The notes under the pieces were generated by a model. It was given only the letters and a program-made list of their open reading frames with translations, was not told where the DNA came from and searched no databases. Below, piece after piece: positions 14,974 to 24,058 of a stretch of 27,915 nucleotides of DNA. Numbering within the stretch: the stretch's first letter is position 1; each line of letters begins with the position of its first letter. This stretch comes from a virus (taxonomy: Duplodnaviria > Caudoviricetes): positions 1-27,915 of IMG/VR virus record IMGVR_UViG_3300043756_000111, one strand, 5' to 3'. A program made the translations under genes and the position numbers.

Positions 14974-16593
14974 ATGTCATTGGACGTTGACACATCACAA
15001 CTGGCGCGCCGTCGGCGCAAAAAGCGGAGACGCGGACAGGGCAACAGACGCGCCAGAGATGTCATCGATTTCATCGAAAGGCTGACAATCCCGAGCGGTA
15101 TCGGGGCGGGTCAGCGTTTCGAGCTGATGGAATGGCAGAAACGATTCATCCGCGATATCTATTCGCCACAACAAAACGGTAAACGAATTGTCCGCCGCGC
15201 CATTCTCAGCATCAGCAGGAAAAACGGAAAGACGGCGCTGATCTCGGCCATCGTGCTGGCGCATTTGGTCGGCCCGGAGGCGATCCCGCGCGGTGAGATT
15301 TACTCAGCGGCCAACGATCGCGATCAGGCGGCGATCGTGTTCAAGTTCGTGCGGCAGCTGATCGAACAAGAACCAGAGTTACGTGGCGAGGTCGAGATCA
15401 TTCCTTCGACCAAAACCATGATCGCGCATCGCACTGGCTCGATCTATCGGGCGTTGTCATCTGAAGTCGGAACCAAGCACGGATATTTGCCGAGCGTCGT
15501 GATCTACGACGAGCTGGCGCAATCCAAGAGCCGCGCTTTATATGACGTGCTTGATACGTCATTTGGCTCGCGCTCAGAACCGCTGTTCATTGCGATCAGC
15601 ACGCAAAGCAATGATCCCGAACACATTCTGTCAAAACTAATCGACGACGGATTATCGAAAGTCGATCCGAGCATTGTGTGTCATCTCTATGCTGCCGATG
15701 AAGGCTGTGCGCTCGATGACGAGTCACAGTGGACCAAAGCAAATCCCGCGCTGGATATATTTCGCGATCGACAGGATCTCGTGAGCGCGATCAAGAAAGC
15801 GATACGTTTGCCATCCGAAGAAGCCAAAGTCAGAAACTTGTTCTTGAACCAGCGCGTATCGCCGATCACGCCGCTGATCGCCGCGGCGGAATGGAAAGCG
15901 TGTGCGGGCGAGGTTGAGTTCGAGCCGGGCGAGCGCGTTTATCTGGCGCTCGATCTGTCATCGACACAAGATCTCACCGCGCTAGTGATGGGATCAATCG
16001 GCGAGCCGTGCCGGATCACATCATTTTTCTGGAAACCGGGAGCTACCGTCGACGATCATTCGGCCCGCGACTTCGGTACAGGAAGTCGTCGCTATCGCGA
16101 ATGGATGGATAGTGGGCATTTGTTGCTCAGCGCGGGACGTAGCATCAGTCACGAGCAAGTCGCGCTGAAAATTGCTGACTTGTCCAGGCACTATCAAATC
16201 CTGGGCATGGCTTACGATCGATGGCGCATCAACGATCTGCTGCGCGAGTTCGATCGGATCGGCTTTGCCGCTTACGAAGATGGCAAAGACAAAAATCAGG
16301 TTGGTCTGCGCCTCGTGCCGTGGGGCCAAGGCTTCAAGGATCAGGCGCCAGCGATCGACGCCCTAGAGAATGCGATCAATTCGCGCGCACTGATCCATGA
16401 TTCAAATCCCGTACTTAATTGGAACATGACCAACGCCATCGCCGTGATGGACCCGGCTGGCGGGCGCAAGCTCGACAAGAGCAAGGCGCGGTTCCGTATA
16501 GACGGCGCGGCGGCCTTGGCGATGCTCATGGGGCTGCGGTCTAGGGATCGCGGACCTGCAAGGATTGTGGATGTCGAGGCGTTGATCGGCTAG
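14974..16593 (+). CDS. terL: terminase large subunit (cos-type Terminase_1-like)
   Basis: LMEWQ, Walker A RKNGKT, Walker B VIYDE, ISTQ, nuclease LDLSSTQDLTA, YDRW and RIDGAAA. Confidence 0.96.
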   Translation: MSLDVDTSQLARRRRKKRRRGQGNRRARDVIDFIERLTIPSGIGAGQRFELMEWQKRFIRDIYSPQQNGKRIVRRAILSISRKNGKTALISAIVLAHLVGPEAIPRGEIYSAANDRDQAAIVFKFVRQLIEQEPELRGEVEIIPSTKTMIAHRTGSIYRALSSEVGTKHGYLPSVVIYDELAQSKSRALYDVLDTSFGSRSEPLFIAISTQSNDPEHILSKLIDDGLSKVDPSIVCHLYAADEGCALDDESQWTKANPALDIFRDRQDLVSAIKKAIRLPSEEAKVRNLFLNQRVSPITPLIAAAEWKACAGEVEFEPGERVYLALDLSSTQDLTALVMGSIGEPCRITSFFWKPGATVDDHSARDFGTGSRRYREWMDSGHLLLSAGRSISHEQVALKIADLSRHYQILGMAYDRWRINDLLREFDRIGFAAYEDGKDKNQVGLRLVPWGQGFKDQAPAIDALENAINSRALIHDSNPVLNWNMTNAIAVMDPAGGRKLDKSKARFRIDGAAALAMLMGLRSRDRGPARIVDVEALIG

Positions 16594-16728
16594 ACTTATT
16601 CGGTCTCGGCCATCCCAGAGATGACACCCATATCCCTGTTGCCGGGACATAGCCGCCGTCGGCCGATCATGTTCTGATACCCATGACTTGGATGCCGACG
16701 GCGGCACCTTCCCCTAGCAAACAACATC

Positions 16729-16950
16729 ATGAAATCCAACGGCTCATATGCGGCGCGATACTTTCGCGAGATGCAGCGCATGACCTCGCTGCTTCAAGAT
16801 ATCTACACGCCAATCCAAGCGGTCGAATGGCTAGTGAAAAAGCACACATTGCTTGATGGCCAGAGCCCATCGCAATTGATTGCGCAGGGTCGCACGGAAG
16901 AAGTCGAGCATCTGATCGAACAATTACGCGACGGAGATCAGTTCACATGA
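16729..16950 (+). CDS. MbcA/ParS/Xre antitoxin C-terminal domain-like protein
   Basis: AVEWLVKKHTLLDGQSPSQLIAQGRTEEVEHLIEQL fits the W...L.G..P...G...V pattern. Confidence 0.7.
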   Translation: MKSNGSYAARYFREMQRMTSLLQDIYTPIQAVEWLVKKHTLLDGQSPSQLIAQGRTEEVEHLIEQLRDGDQFT

Positions 16951-17138
16951 GGGAACAACTGCATGAAGTGATGACAGCGACGGCCTCGCTGGAAAGCCTA
17001 CGCGAAGCGCTCGCCGATCATGAAATCAAATCCGAAGAAATCATCGCCGTGTTGGCGGTTGAGGCATCGTTCACTGGCAATGCAATGCAAACGACGCAGC
17101 CACGCTTGCGCGTCATTTATCGAAAGGCGGCCGCTTAA
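16947..17138 (+). CDS. hypothetical protein
   Basis: 63 aa, ATGA-coupled, RBS GGAG. Confidence 0.55.
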   Translation: MREQLHEVMTATASLESLREALADHEIKSEEIIAVLAVEASFTGNAMQTTQPRLRVIYRKAAA

Positions 17139-17367
17139 ATCTGTAGTGATGCATCAGATCTAGGATGTACACATCGGCTAGCGCGCGGTCTAATTCTTCT
17201 TTGTCCTGTTTGCTCTGTTTATAATCGTCATCGTCGATAGATTTGCGCAAACAATTTGACACGCGCTTGAACGCTTCAGCATAGCCAGGAACGTTTTCAA
17301 TCTTGTATTGATGATCAGCCCAGATCCCGGCGATCACGTCTTCGCTCAGTTCATCTTGTTCATTCAT
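17113..17367 (-). CDS. hypothetical protein on the antisense strand (moron-like)
   Basis: Start MNEQDE at 17367. Lower-GC stretch that fills the gap before the capsid gene. Confidence 0.55.
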   Translation of the reverse strand: MNEQDELSEDVIAGIWADHQYKIENVPGYAEAFKRVSNCLRKSIDDDDYKQSKQDKEELDRALADVYILDLMHHYRFKRPPFDK

Positions 17368-17399
17368 GCTCACACTCTCATGAATCAAAGGAGATGGCC

Positions 17400-20132
17400 A
17401 TGCCGCTTCGTAAACCAAAGCCCGGCGAAAGCCAATCGTCATTCATGGAATATTGTATGCATGAAGTCTCGCAAAGTCCGGATCGCACCAATGAACAGAA
17501 TGTCGCGATCTGCCTGGACAAATGGCACGAAGTGCATCCGCGTCGGGCCGCCTCGAATTGGGTCTGTGGTGCATCGCGCGATCTACCAATCGCTGAGACT
17601 GAACGCGCCTGGGACGGCTCGGCAGCGGCGAAACGTATGTTGGATCGCGCCAATATCGGCGAAGAAGAAGGCGCGAAACCTGAGATGGCAAAGCTCGGAT
17701 TCCTGATATACGACCGGGCCAATGGCGAATTGCGTGGGTCGTATTCCTGCCCATTTGCCGATATTGTTGATGGAACATTGAAAGTCATCCCGTCCGGATT
17801 GCGGGCTGCGGCGTCCAGACTGCCGCAAGTGACCGATGTTTCGCAGAGCGTGAAGGATCGCGCTCGTGGAGTGCTCGATGCGTATTTCGCGCGGCTGGAG
17901 GACAACGACGACAAGGGCGCGAACGACGACAAGAGCACCAAACAGGATTACGATGGATATGACGCGCCCGACGTCGCGCCGGGGGAAAGCCAGGATCGGT
18001 ACATCGAGCGCTGTGTGATGGATTTGGAGCGGCAAGGCGCCGATGAAGGCGACGCCAGCCGATTGTGTCATCTCGCCTGGATGAATCGGACCTACTCCAG
18101 ACTGCGGCACAAGACGCATGCCGAGACCGTTCAGGGCATGGATTTTGTGTTGTCCGATGAATCAGAAGATCGGATGGGTGATGTAATTTCGGCGGCCGGT
18201 TGGGATCTAACAAACTTCTTGAAAAATCCGATTGCGCTGTTTGGGCACCGCAATGATTTTGTGATCGGAACATGGGAAGGTCTGCGCAGCGAAAAGAATG
18301 CGCTGCGCGGCAAACTCAAGCTCGCGCCAGCAGGCACCAGCGAGCGCATCGATGAAATTCGCAAATTGATCGAGGCCGGTATTCTCAAGGCGGTGTCGGT
18401 CGGTTTCAGACCAATCACCTCCGTGCCGCGTCGAGATGGCGACAAGTATGTCGGCGAACATTTCACGCGGCAGGAGTTGATCGAGACCTCCGTGGTCTCG
18501 GTGCCAGCCAATCCCAATGCGCTGGCGATTGCCAAGTCATTGGATATTTCCACTGACACGATGGATTTGGTCTTCGGCAAGCACGCCGCAGCGAGACCAA
18601 TCAGGAAGATCGGTGGTTCATTCGCCGAGCATGGCGCCAGCAATCAGAAGCTGAAGGAGCGCTCGCACATGAGTGCATTAACACAGCAGATTTCTCAGGT
18701 GGAAGCTGAGATTGTCGGAGTAAAGGACAAGCTCAAGGACTTCTGGAATAGCGTCGATCAGACCAATGTCACTGACGTCGAGATGCAGACCGCGCAGGAC
18801 TTGAACGAGGAACATGCGCGGCTCGACAAACTGCGCACGACGCTCAAAGAGTCCGAAAAATTTATGATGGAAACTGGGGAGCAAGAACATCGCCAGCTTG
18901 CGCTTCGGACCAACGGCGGCGGCAATGGCAGTGGCAGCGGAGAAATCCGCAGGCCGAACATCCAGACGGATCGTCGGCAGATGCCGAAGACCAAGGAGGA
19001 ACGGCTCGACATCATCGCGCGGGTCGGTGTGATCACGGTGCTCTCGCACATCAAGAAACTTAATCCTGAGGCGACGCGCCAGTTTATCGCCGCGCAGTAT
19101 TCGCGCTATGCCGACGAGGGCACCAAGGCGTTTCTGGATTATATCGGCAAGGCGCCGAGCGCGCCTGCCATGACCACTGTCGATGGGTGGGCGGCGGAAT
19201 TGGTTCAGCAAATCCATGCTGACTACATGGAATTGCTGCAACCCGATTCGGTTTTCCCGCGATTGTCGGCGTTGGGTCTCAGCCTGCAATTCGGTCGTGC
19301 CGGGCGTATCGTCGTGCCGACTCGATCGCGCACGCCGAGCATCTCCGGATCGTTTGTTGGTGAAGGCCAACCGATTCCTGTTCGTCAGGCCGCGTTCACG
19401 GCGCAGATTCTAACTCCGAAAAAAATGGCCGTGATCTCAACTTGGACCAGAGAAATTGATGAGAGTTCTATTCCTGCAATCGAAGGTCTGTTGCGCAGCG
19501 CGATTCAGGAAGACACAGCGGTCACGTTGGATTCGATCTTGATGGATGCCGACGATGCCGATGCGATCCGACCAGCTGGTCTGCAAAGCCAGAATCCGAT
19601 CGCCGGGCCGCCGCCAAATGGCAGCGGTGCCACCGAGGTTCTTCCTGCCGCGATCGGTGCGGCTGGTCCGTTCGGAGCACTAGTCGACGATCTCAAGGCG
19701 TTGATCGGTGCGCTGCTTGGTCCGACACAGGGCAACGTGCGTCGGGTCGTGTTGCTGATGAACCCGCAACAGAAGTTGTCGATCTCGCTGACAGCCATGC
19801 CGGGCGTGAGCGCATTCCCGTTCATGGATGCGATGGGTCGCAACGTGTTGTTGGATTACACGGTGATCGGTTCAGGCACGGTTCCGGCTGGCAAGATCAT
19901 CGCGATCGACGCCGCGGACTTCGTCACTGTGGGCGGTGAAGCCCCGCGCTTCGAGGTGAGTGACCAGGCCACGCTTCACATGGAGGACTCGACTCCGGGA
20001 CCGATCCATGGTTCTACTCCAGTGCGATCGCTGTGGCAAACGGATTCACTCGGTCTTCGACTGATACTCCCGATCAATTGGTGCATGCGGCGCGACGGAA
20101 TGGTCGCGTTTGTTGAGAACATCGCGTGGTGA
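17400..20132 (+). CDS. fused HK97-type prohead protease, scaffold and major capsid protein with an N-terminal extension
   Basis: Protease motifs DRMGD, PIALFGH, AVSVGF and ETSVVSVPANPNA, then a coiled coil, then capsid motifs FVGEGQPIP, LTPKKMAVI, DAADF and SLWQTD. AAGGAG lies 6 nt before ATG 17400. Confidence 0.92.
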   Translation: MPLRKPKPGESQSSFMEYCMHEVSQSPDRTNEQNVAICLDKWHEVHPRRAASNWVCGASRDLPIAETERAWDGSAAAKRMLDRANIGEEEGAKPEMAKLGFLIYDRANGELRGSYSCPFADIVDGTLKVIPSGLRAAASRLPQVTDVSQSVKDRARGVLDAYFARLEDNDDKGANDDKSTKQDYDGYDAPDVAPGESQDRYIERCVMDLERQGADEGDASRLCHLAWMNRTYSRLRHKTHAETVQGMDFVLSDESEDRMGDVISAAGWDLTNFLKNPIALFGHRNDFVIGTWEGLRSEKNALRGKLKLAPAGTSERIDEIRKLIEAGILKAVSVGFRPITSVPRRDGDKYVGEHFTRQELIETSVVSVPANPNALAIAKSLDISTDTMDLVFGKHAAARPIRKIGGSFAEHGASNQKLKERSHMSALTQQISQVEAEIVGVKDKLKDFWNSVDQTNVTDVEMQTAQDLNEEHARLDKLRTTLKESEKFMMETGEQEHRQLALRTNGGGNGSGSGEIRRPNIQTDRRQMPKTKEERLDIIARVGVITVLSHIKKLNPEATRQFIAAQYSRYADEGTKAFLDYIGKAPSAPAMTTVDGWAAELVQQIHADYMELLQPDSVFPRLSALGLSLQFGRAGRIVVPTRSRTPSISGSFVGEGQPIPVRQAAFTAQILTPKKMAVISTWTREIDESSIPAIEGLLRSAIQEDTAVTLDSILMDADDADAIRPAGLQSQNPIAGPPPNGSGATEVLPAAIGAAGPFGALVDDLKALIGALLGPTQGNVRRVVLLMNPQQKLSISLTAMPGVSAFPFMDAMGRNVLLDYTVIGSGTVPAGKIIAIDAADFVTVGGEAPRFEVSDQATLHMEDSTPGPIHGSTPVRSLWQTDSLGLRLILPINWCMRRDGMVAFVENIAW

Positions 20133-20148
20133 TGACGTTGCGCGGACA

Positions 20149-20661
20149 TCATCTAGCCCGCGCGAACTGTCCGAAGTGGGCCTTCGCGGCTTTCACATAA
20201 GCCGCATGGCCCGCCTCGGGATCATCGAAATAGCCGAGGGCGACCCAACGACTATTGATAGTGATGCCTACTTGATATTTGTTTGATGGCTTATGCCAAG
20301 AAACTCCTTTAGGTGTGTGTTTGTTTTTCCGCAGGCGTATGCTTCTGTTGTGCATATTTTGCAAATGATTAGCTGGTCTGAGATTCGACCAACGATCATC
20401 GTCTGGCTTGCAATTCTTGTGATCCATCTCAACGTTCGGCCATCGGCCGGTCATGAACAAACATGCCAAATGCGAGGCCATGTATTTCCTATAATTGATG
20501 CAGATAACTCGATGTTGGTTTGCTTGCAGGAGAGTTCCGGCGACACGGCCGACCCCAATGGGGCCGCGCTTTTGAACGCGCCATCTAAACACGCCGGTCT
20601 TCGGATTGTAGTGCAATAGCTGGCGCAGCCGCTTTGCTGTTAAAGTTGGCTCAGCCTTCAT
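20149..20661 (-). CDS. HNH homing endonuclease with an AP2-like DNA-binding domain
   Basis: LHYNPKTGVFRW, MDHKNCKPDDDRWSNLR..N..N, KGVSW and LGYFDDPEAGHAAY. Confidence 0.92.
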   Translation of the reverse strand: MKAEPTLTAKRLRQLLHYNPKTGVFRWRVQKRGPIGVGRVAGTLLQANQHRVICINYRKYMASHLACLFMTGRWPNVEMDHKNCKPDDDRWSNLRPANHLQNMHNRSIRLRKNKHTPKGVSWHKPSNKYQVGITINSRWVALGYFDDPEAGHAAYVKAAKAHFGQFARAR

Positions 20662-20861
20662 CGTGATACTCCCACGGTGCGAGGTTAGACTCGGCCGTCG
20701 TGTCACAGCGCGGCGGTCGAGTCGCTTAACAAATAAGGGCCGTCGTCGGCAGGCGCACGATGGACGTCACCAATCACTTGGCCGACGACGGCAGCAACAG
20801 CAGTCAGGCTATGGGTAGCACTGAGATCATGGCCGTCACGGCTGTGAACATAGCAGGAAAA

Positions 20862-21935
20862 ATGAGTCCGTTTGAAGCGAGAAAATCGGCGGTTCCGCCG
20901 CGCCCCTTCAGCGCATCGCCACGCAAGGCGGATGCGCTTGATCTGCTTGTGCGCGCAGCCATCGTACAAACCTATGCGCGCGTTCGTCGCATGGGCGTTG
21001 AGCAAGCGCGCGCGACAATCGCAATGAAGCGCCTGCGCTATGACGACGAAGCAACAAAGCTCATTTGCCGCGCAGCCAGTGCACCGGCCACGACGTTTGA
21101 TGTCGAATGGGCGTCTGAGCTTGTTGTTGCCGAGGGCGCCGATTTGATTTGCACGCTTATACCGCGCTCAACATTCGCGCAGCTTGCGGCACAGGGCATG
21201 CACCTCACGTTTAGCGGCCCGGAAATCCTGGTGCCCAATTATCTGCCGAATGTGCCGGGCTTGTTTGTTCGCCAGGGGGAACCGATTCCGGTGCTCCAGG
21301 GACAGACGACTGGCCAGTTGCTGACGCGAAAAAAGATGCCTTGCATTGTCACCTACACGGGCGAAATGTCCGAAGGCGCCATCGTGACGATGGAAGGCAT
21401 TTTCCGTACATGCATCACGGAGTCGACGACGTTGGCACTTGATGCCGTGTTGTTGGATGATCAGCCGGGAAGTGATGTTAGACCGGCAGGTCTACGCAAT
21501 GGTGCTGTCCAGGTTGCCAGCACGGGCACGCTGCACAGTGATTTACAATTGCTTGTAGAAGGATTGCTTGGGGTCGCCGACAATCATGTTCGTGCGCCGA
21601 TTTTGATCATGAATCTGGCGCAAGCGGTAGCTTCGCGCATGCAAGATTATAGAAACATCGTGCCGGTGATACCATCGCCGAGTGTTGCGCCCGGCACGGT
21701 GATGATGGTCGATGCGGCCGACTTTGCTTGTGCGGGCGGTCAAGTTCCGCGCGTCGAGATGTCGAAAGAAGCGGCGCTGCATTTCGACGATGTGGCTCCG
21801 GATCATCTCGATGGTGCAAGTCCTGTTCACAGTTTGTGGCAGGAGGAATTGTTAGGTCTGCGTGTGATTCTTGAAGTGGATTGGTGTTTGCGCCGTCCTG
21901 GCGTTGGTTGCTACATGATAGATGCGCATTGGTAA
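20862..21935 (+). CDS. second HK97-fold capsid protein paralog
   Basis: Collinear similarity to the capsid part of 17400-20132 (FVRQGEPIPV, LTRKKM, DAADF, SLWQ, WCLRR). Likely start ATG 20862 after AGGA; the track start is 20760. Confidence 0.85.
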   Translation: MSPFEARKSAVPPRPFSASPRKADALDLLVRAAIVQTYARVRRMGVEQARATIAMKRLRYDDEATKLICRAASAPATTFDVEWASELVVAEGADLICTLIPRSTFAQLAAQGMHLTFSGPEILVPNYLPNVPGLFVRQGEPIPVLQGQTTGQLLTRKKMPCIVTYTGEMSEGAIVTMEGIFRTCITESTTLALDAVLLDDQPGSDVRPAGLRNGAVQVASTGTLHSDLQLLVEGLLGVADNHVRAPILIMNLAQAVASRMQDYRNIVPVIPSPSVAPGTVMMVDAADFACAGGQVPRVEMSKEAALHFDDVAPDHLDGASPVHSLWQEELLGLRVILEVDWCLRRPGVGCYMIDAHW

Positions 21936-21951
21936 CTGAGCGGGCGGTGAC

Positions 21952-22989
21952 ATGGCAACGAAATTAGGCGCCAGACCGGGACGCAGAATAGGTGCTTTGT
22001 TTCGCAGTGGAGCGATACGTGAGTTAATTCCTTCAACACGTCCGCGCGTCGGTTCCATCAGCCCCAATAATGGTCCGTCAGCAGGCGGCACGACGATCAC
22101 GATCACGGGCGTTAATTTCACAGGCGTCACGGCGGTCAATTTCGGCAGCATCGCTGCGGCGAGTTTCACATTTGTCAGCGACAATCAGATCATTGCGACG
22201 TCGCCAGCGGGCAGCGGCGCAATCTTTGTCACCGTCGTCACGCCGGAAGGCGTCAGCCCAGGCAGCGCGGCGAATCGATTTAGCTACGCAGCGGCGCCAA
22301 CTGTTACTAATCTCAATCCAAATACTGGTCCCATCGCTGGCGGTACGACGGTCACCATCAGCGGCACGGGCTTTACGCCGACCTCGACAGTTGTGTTTGG
22401 TGCGACCGCAGTGGCCGTGACATTCGTCAGCGCCTCGCAGCTGACTGTGGTTTCCCCGGCCGCTGCGGCGGGCGCCGTGAATGTCCGCGTGACGAACACG
22501 GAAGGCACGAGTGCCATCGCGCCCGGCAATGTGTTCACCTATGGCCTGCCCGCGCCGACAATCATCAACCTCAATCCAAACACAGGCGCAACCACAGGCG
22601 GCACGGCCGTCACGATTACCGGCACGAATTTCACTGGTGTAACATCAGTCAACTTCGGCGGAACTGTTCTGTCGGCAATCGCCGCGCCTGGGGCTCCAAG
22701 TGTAGGAAGCATCAATCCGACCAGCGGTGTGGCAGGAACGCCAGTGACCATCACCGGCACAGGATTTATTGATACACCCGGTTTTATCTTCGTCAGCGCA
22801 ACGCAGATCAATGTCATCACGCCGCCAGGGACTGCTGGTGCTGCGAATGTGACAGTGACAACACCTAATGGCACGAGCGCGCCAGCCACGTTCACTTATG
22901 TCTCGCAGTCTCCGACTGTTGCGAGTATCAATCCGACGAGCGGACTCGCAGGCACGACGGTGACAATAACAGGGACAAACTTCTCATGA
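21952..22989 (+). CDS. IPT/TIG Ig-like repeat virion protein
   Basis: Repeated P.V..I.P..G...GGT.VTITG.NF.....V.FG....VS.TQI...P units. Confidence 0.88.
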   Translation: MATKLGARPGRRIGALFRSGAIRELIPSTRPRVGSISPNNGPSAGGTTITITGVNFTGVTAVNFGSIAAASFTFVSDNQIIATSPAGSGAIFVTVVTPEGVSPGSAANRFSYAAAPTVTNLNPNTGPIAGGTTVTISGTGFTPTSTVVFGATAVAVTFVSASQLTVVSPAAAAGAVNVRVTNTEGTSAIAPGNVFTYGLPAPTIINLNPNTGATTGGTAVTITGTNFTGVTSVNFGGTVLSAIAAPGAPSVGSINPTSGVAGTPVTITGTGFIDTPGFIFVSATQINVITPPGTAGAANVTVTTPNGTSAPATFTYVSQSPTVASINPTSGLAGTTVTITGTNFS

Positions 22990-24044
22990 CCGTGACCGCC
23001 GTCCACTTCGGCACAACATCAGTGCCATTCACCGTCGTCAATGCGACGACAATCACTGCCAATGCGCCCGCTGGTTTATCTGGTGCTCAGAATGTGCGGG
23101 TGACGACAACGCATGGCCAGAGTCCGATCTCGGCGGCGTTTACTTATACAGCAGTGGCAGCACCGACGATTACAAGCCTGAGTGTGAACACCGGGCCAGC
23201 GGCGGGCGGCACCGCAGTGACAATTACTGGTACTGGTTTCACTGGCGCAACGGCAGTGAATTTTGGTGCCGCGGCAGCGACCTCCGTTGTCGTCGTCAGC
23301 GCCACGCAAATCACCTGCGTCTCGCCTCCAGGCGCGGGCGGCGTCAATGTAACAGTTGTCCATCCCACGAATGGCACAAGCAATGGCATGGCCTGGACCT
23401 ATGCGGCAGCGTTGGTTGCGCCAGTCATCACCAGCGCGAACGTCGCCGCTGCGACGGAAGGACAGCCGTTCAGCTACACGATTACGGCTTCAGGCAATCC
23501 GGCTCCAGCAATTGCGACTGGGTTCAATGCAACGGGTTTACCGGGATGGTTGACGCGCACCAACAATGTTGTCTCAGGAACGCCACCTGCTGGTTCTGGA
23601 ACGACTTCAGTGACCTTCACAGTGACGGCACAAAACAGCGAAGGCACGAGCCCCGGAGTGTTAGTGACTGTGAACATAGCAGCGCCGACGGCTGGTTGGT
23701 CAATCGATTGGGCTGGACCGTCGGTGGCCGTAATCACGGGCGCGGCGGGACATATTCCTCTTACTTCCATTCCAGGTTGGAACCCAGCGTGGAACGTCGA
23801 TATGACGGAAGACAATCTTTATGATCGGCCAACGATGGCTGATATGCCGGTCAATCTATTTGCGCAATTCGCCAACAATCCAGGGGTGTGGGTTGGTCCC
23901 ATTCATTTCAATAATTGGGGTCCAGGAACCGCTGCCGGTAACACGGTTCAAAATTGGGGTTGGAATGATTCTCCTCCGAGGATTGAGATTATCGCTTCTA
24001 ACGCAACCAGCCAGCCAGTTCAATTGCGGCTCGTCAAGACTTAG
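22986..24044 (+). CDS. IPT/TIG plus He_PIG-like Ig domain protein
   Basis: Starts with the second part of an IPT domain, followed by a full IPT, then FSYTITASG..ATGLPGWL..VSGTP and a W/N-rich C-terminal domain. Confidence 0.85.
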   Translation: MTVTAVHFGTTSVPFTVVNATTITANAPAGLSGAQNVRVTTTHGQSPISAAFTYTAVAAPTITSLSVNTGPAAGGTAVTITGTGFTGATAVNFGAAAATSVVVVSATQITCVSPPGAGGVNVTVVHPTNGTSNGMAWTYAAALVAPVITSANVAAATEGQPFSYTITASGNPAPAIATGFNATGLPGWLTRTNNVVSGTPPAGSGTTSVTFTVTAQNSEGTSPGVLVTVNIAAPTAGWSIDWAGPSVAVITGAAGHIPLTSIPGWNPAWNVDMTEDNLYDRPTMADMPVNLFAQFANNPGVWVGPIHFNNWGPGTAAGNTVQNWGWNDSPPRIEIIASNATSQPVQLRLVKT

Positions 24045-24058
24045 CGGAGTGGACTTAT

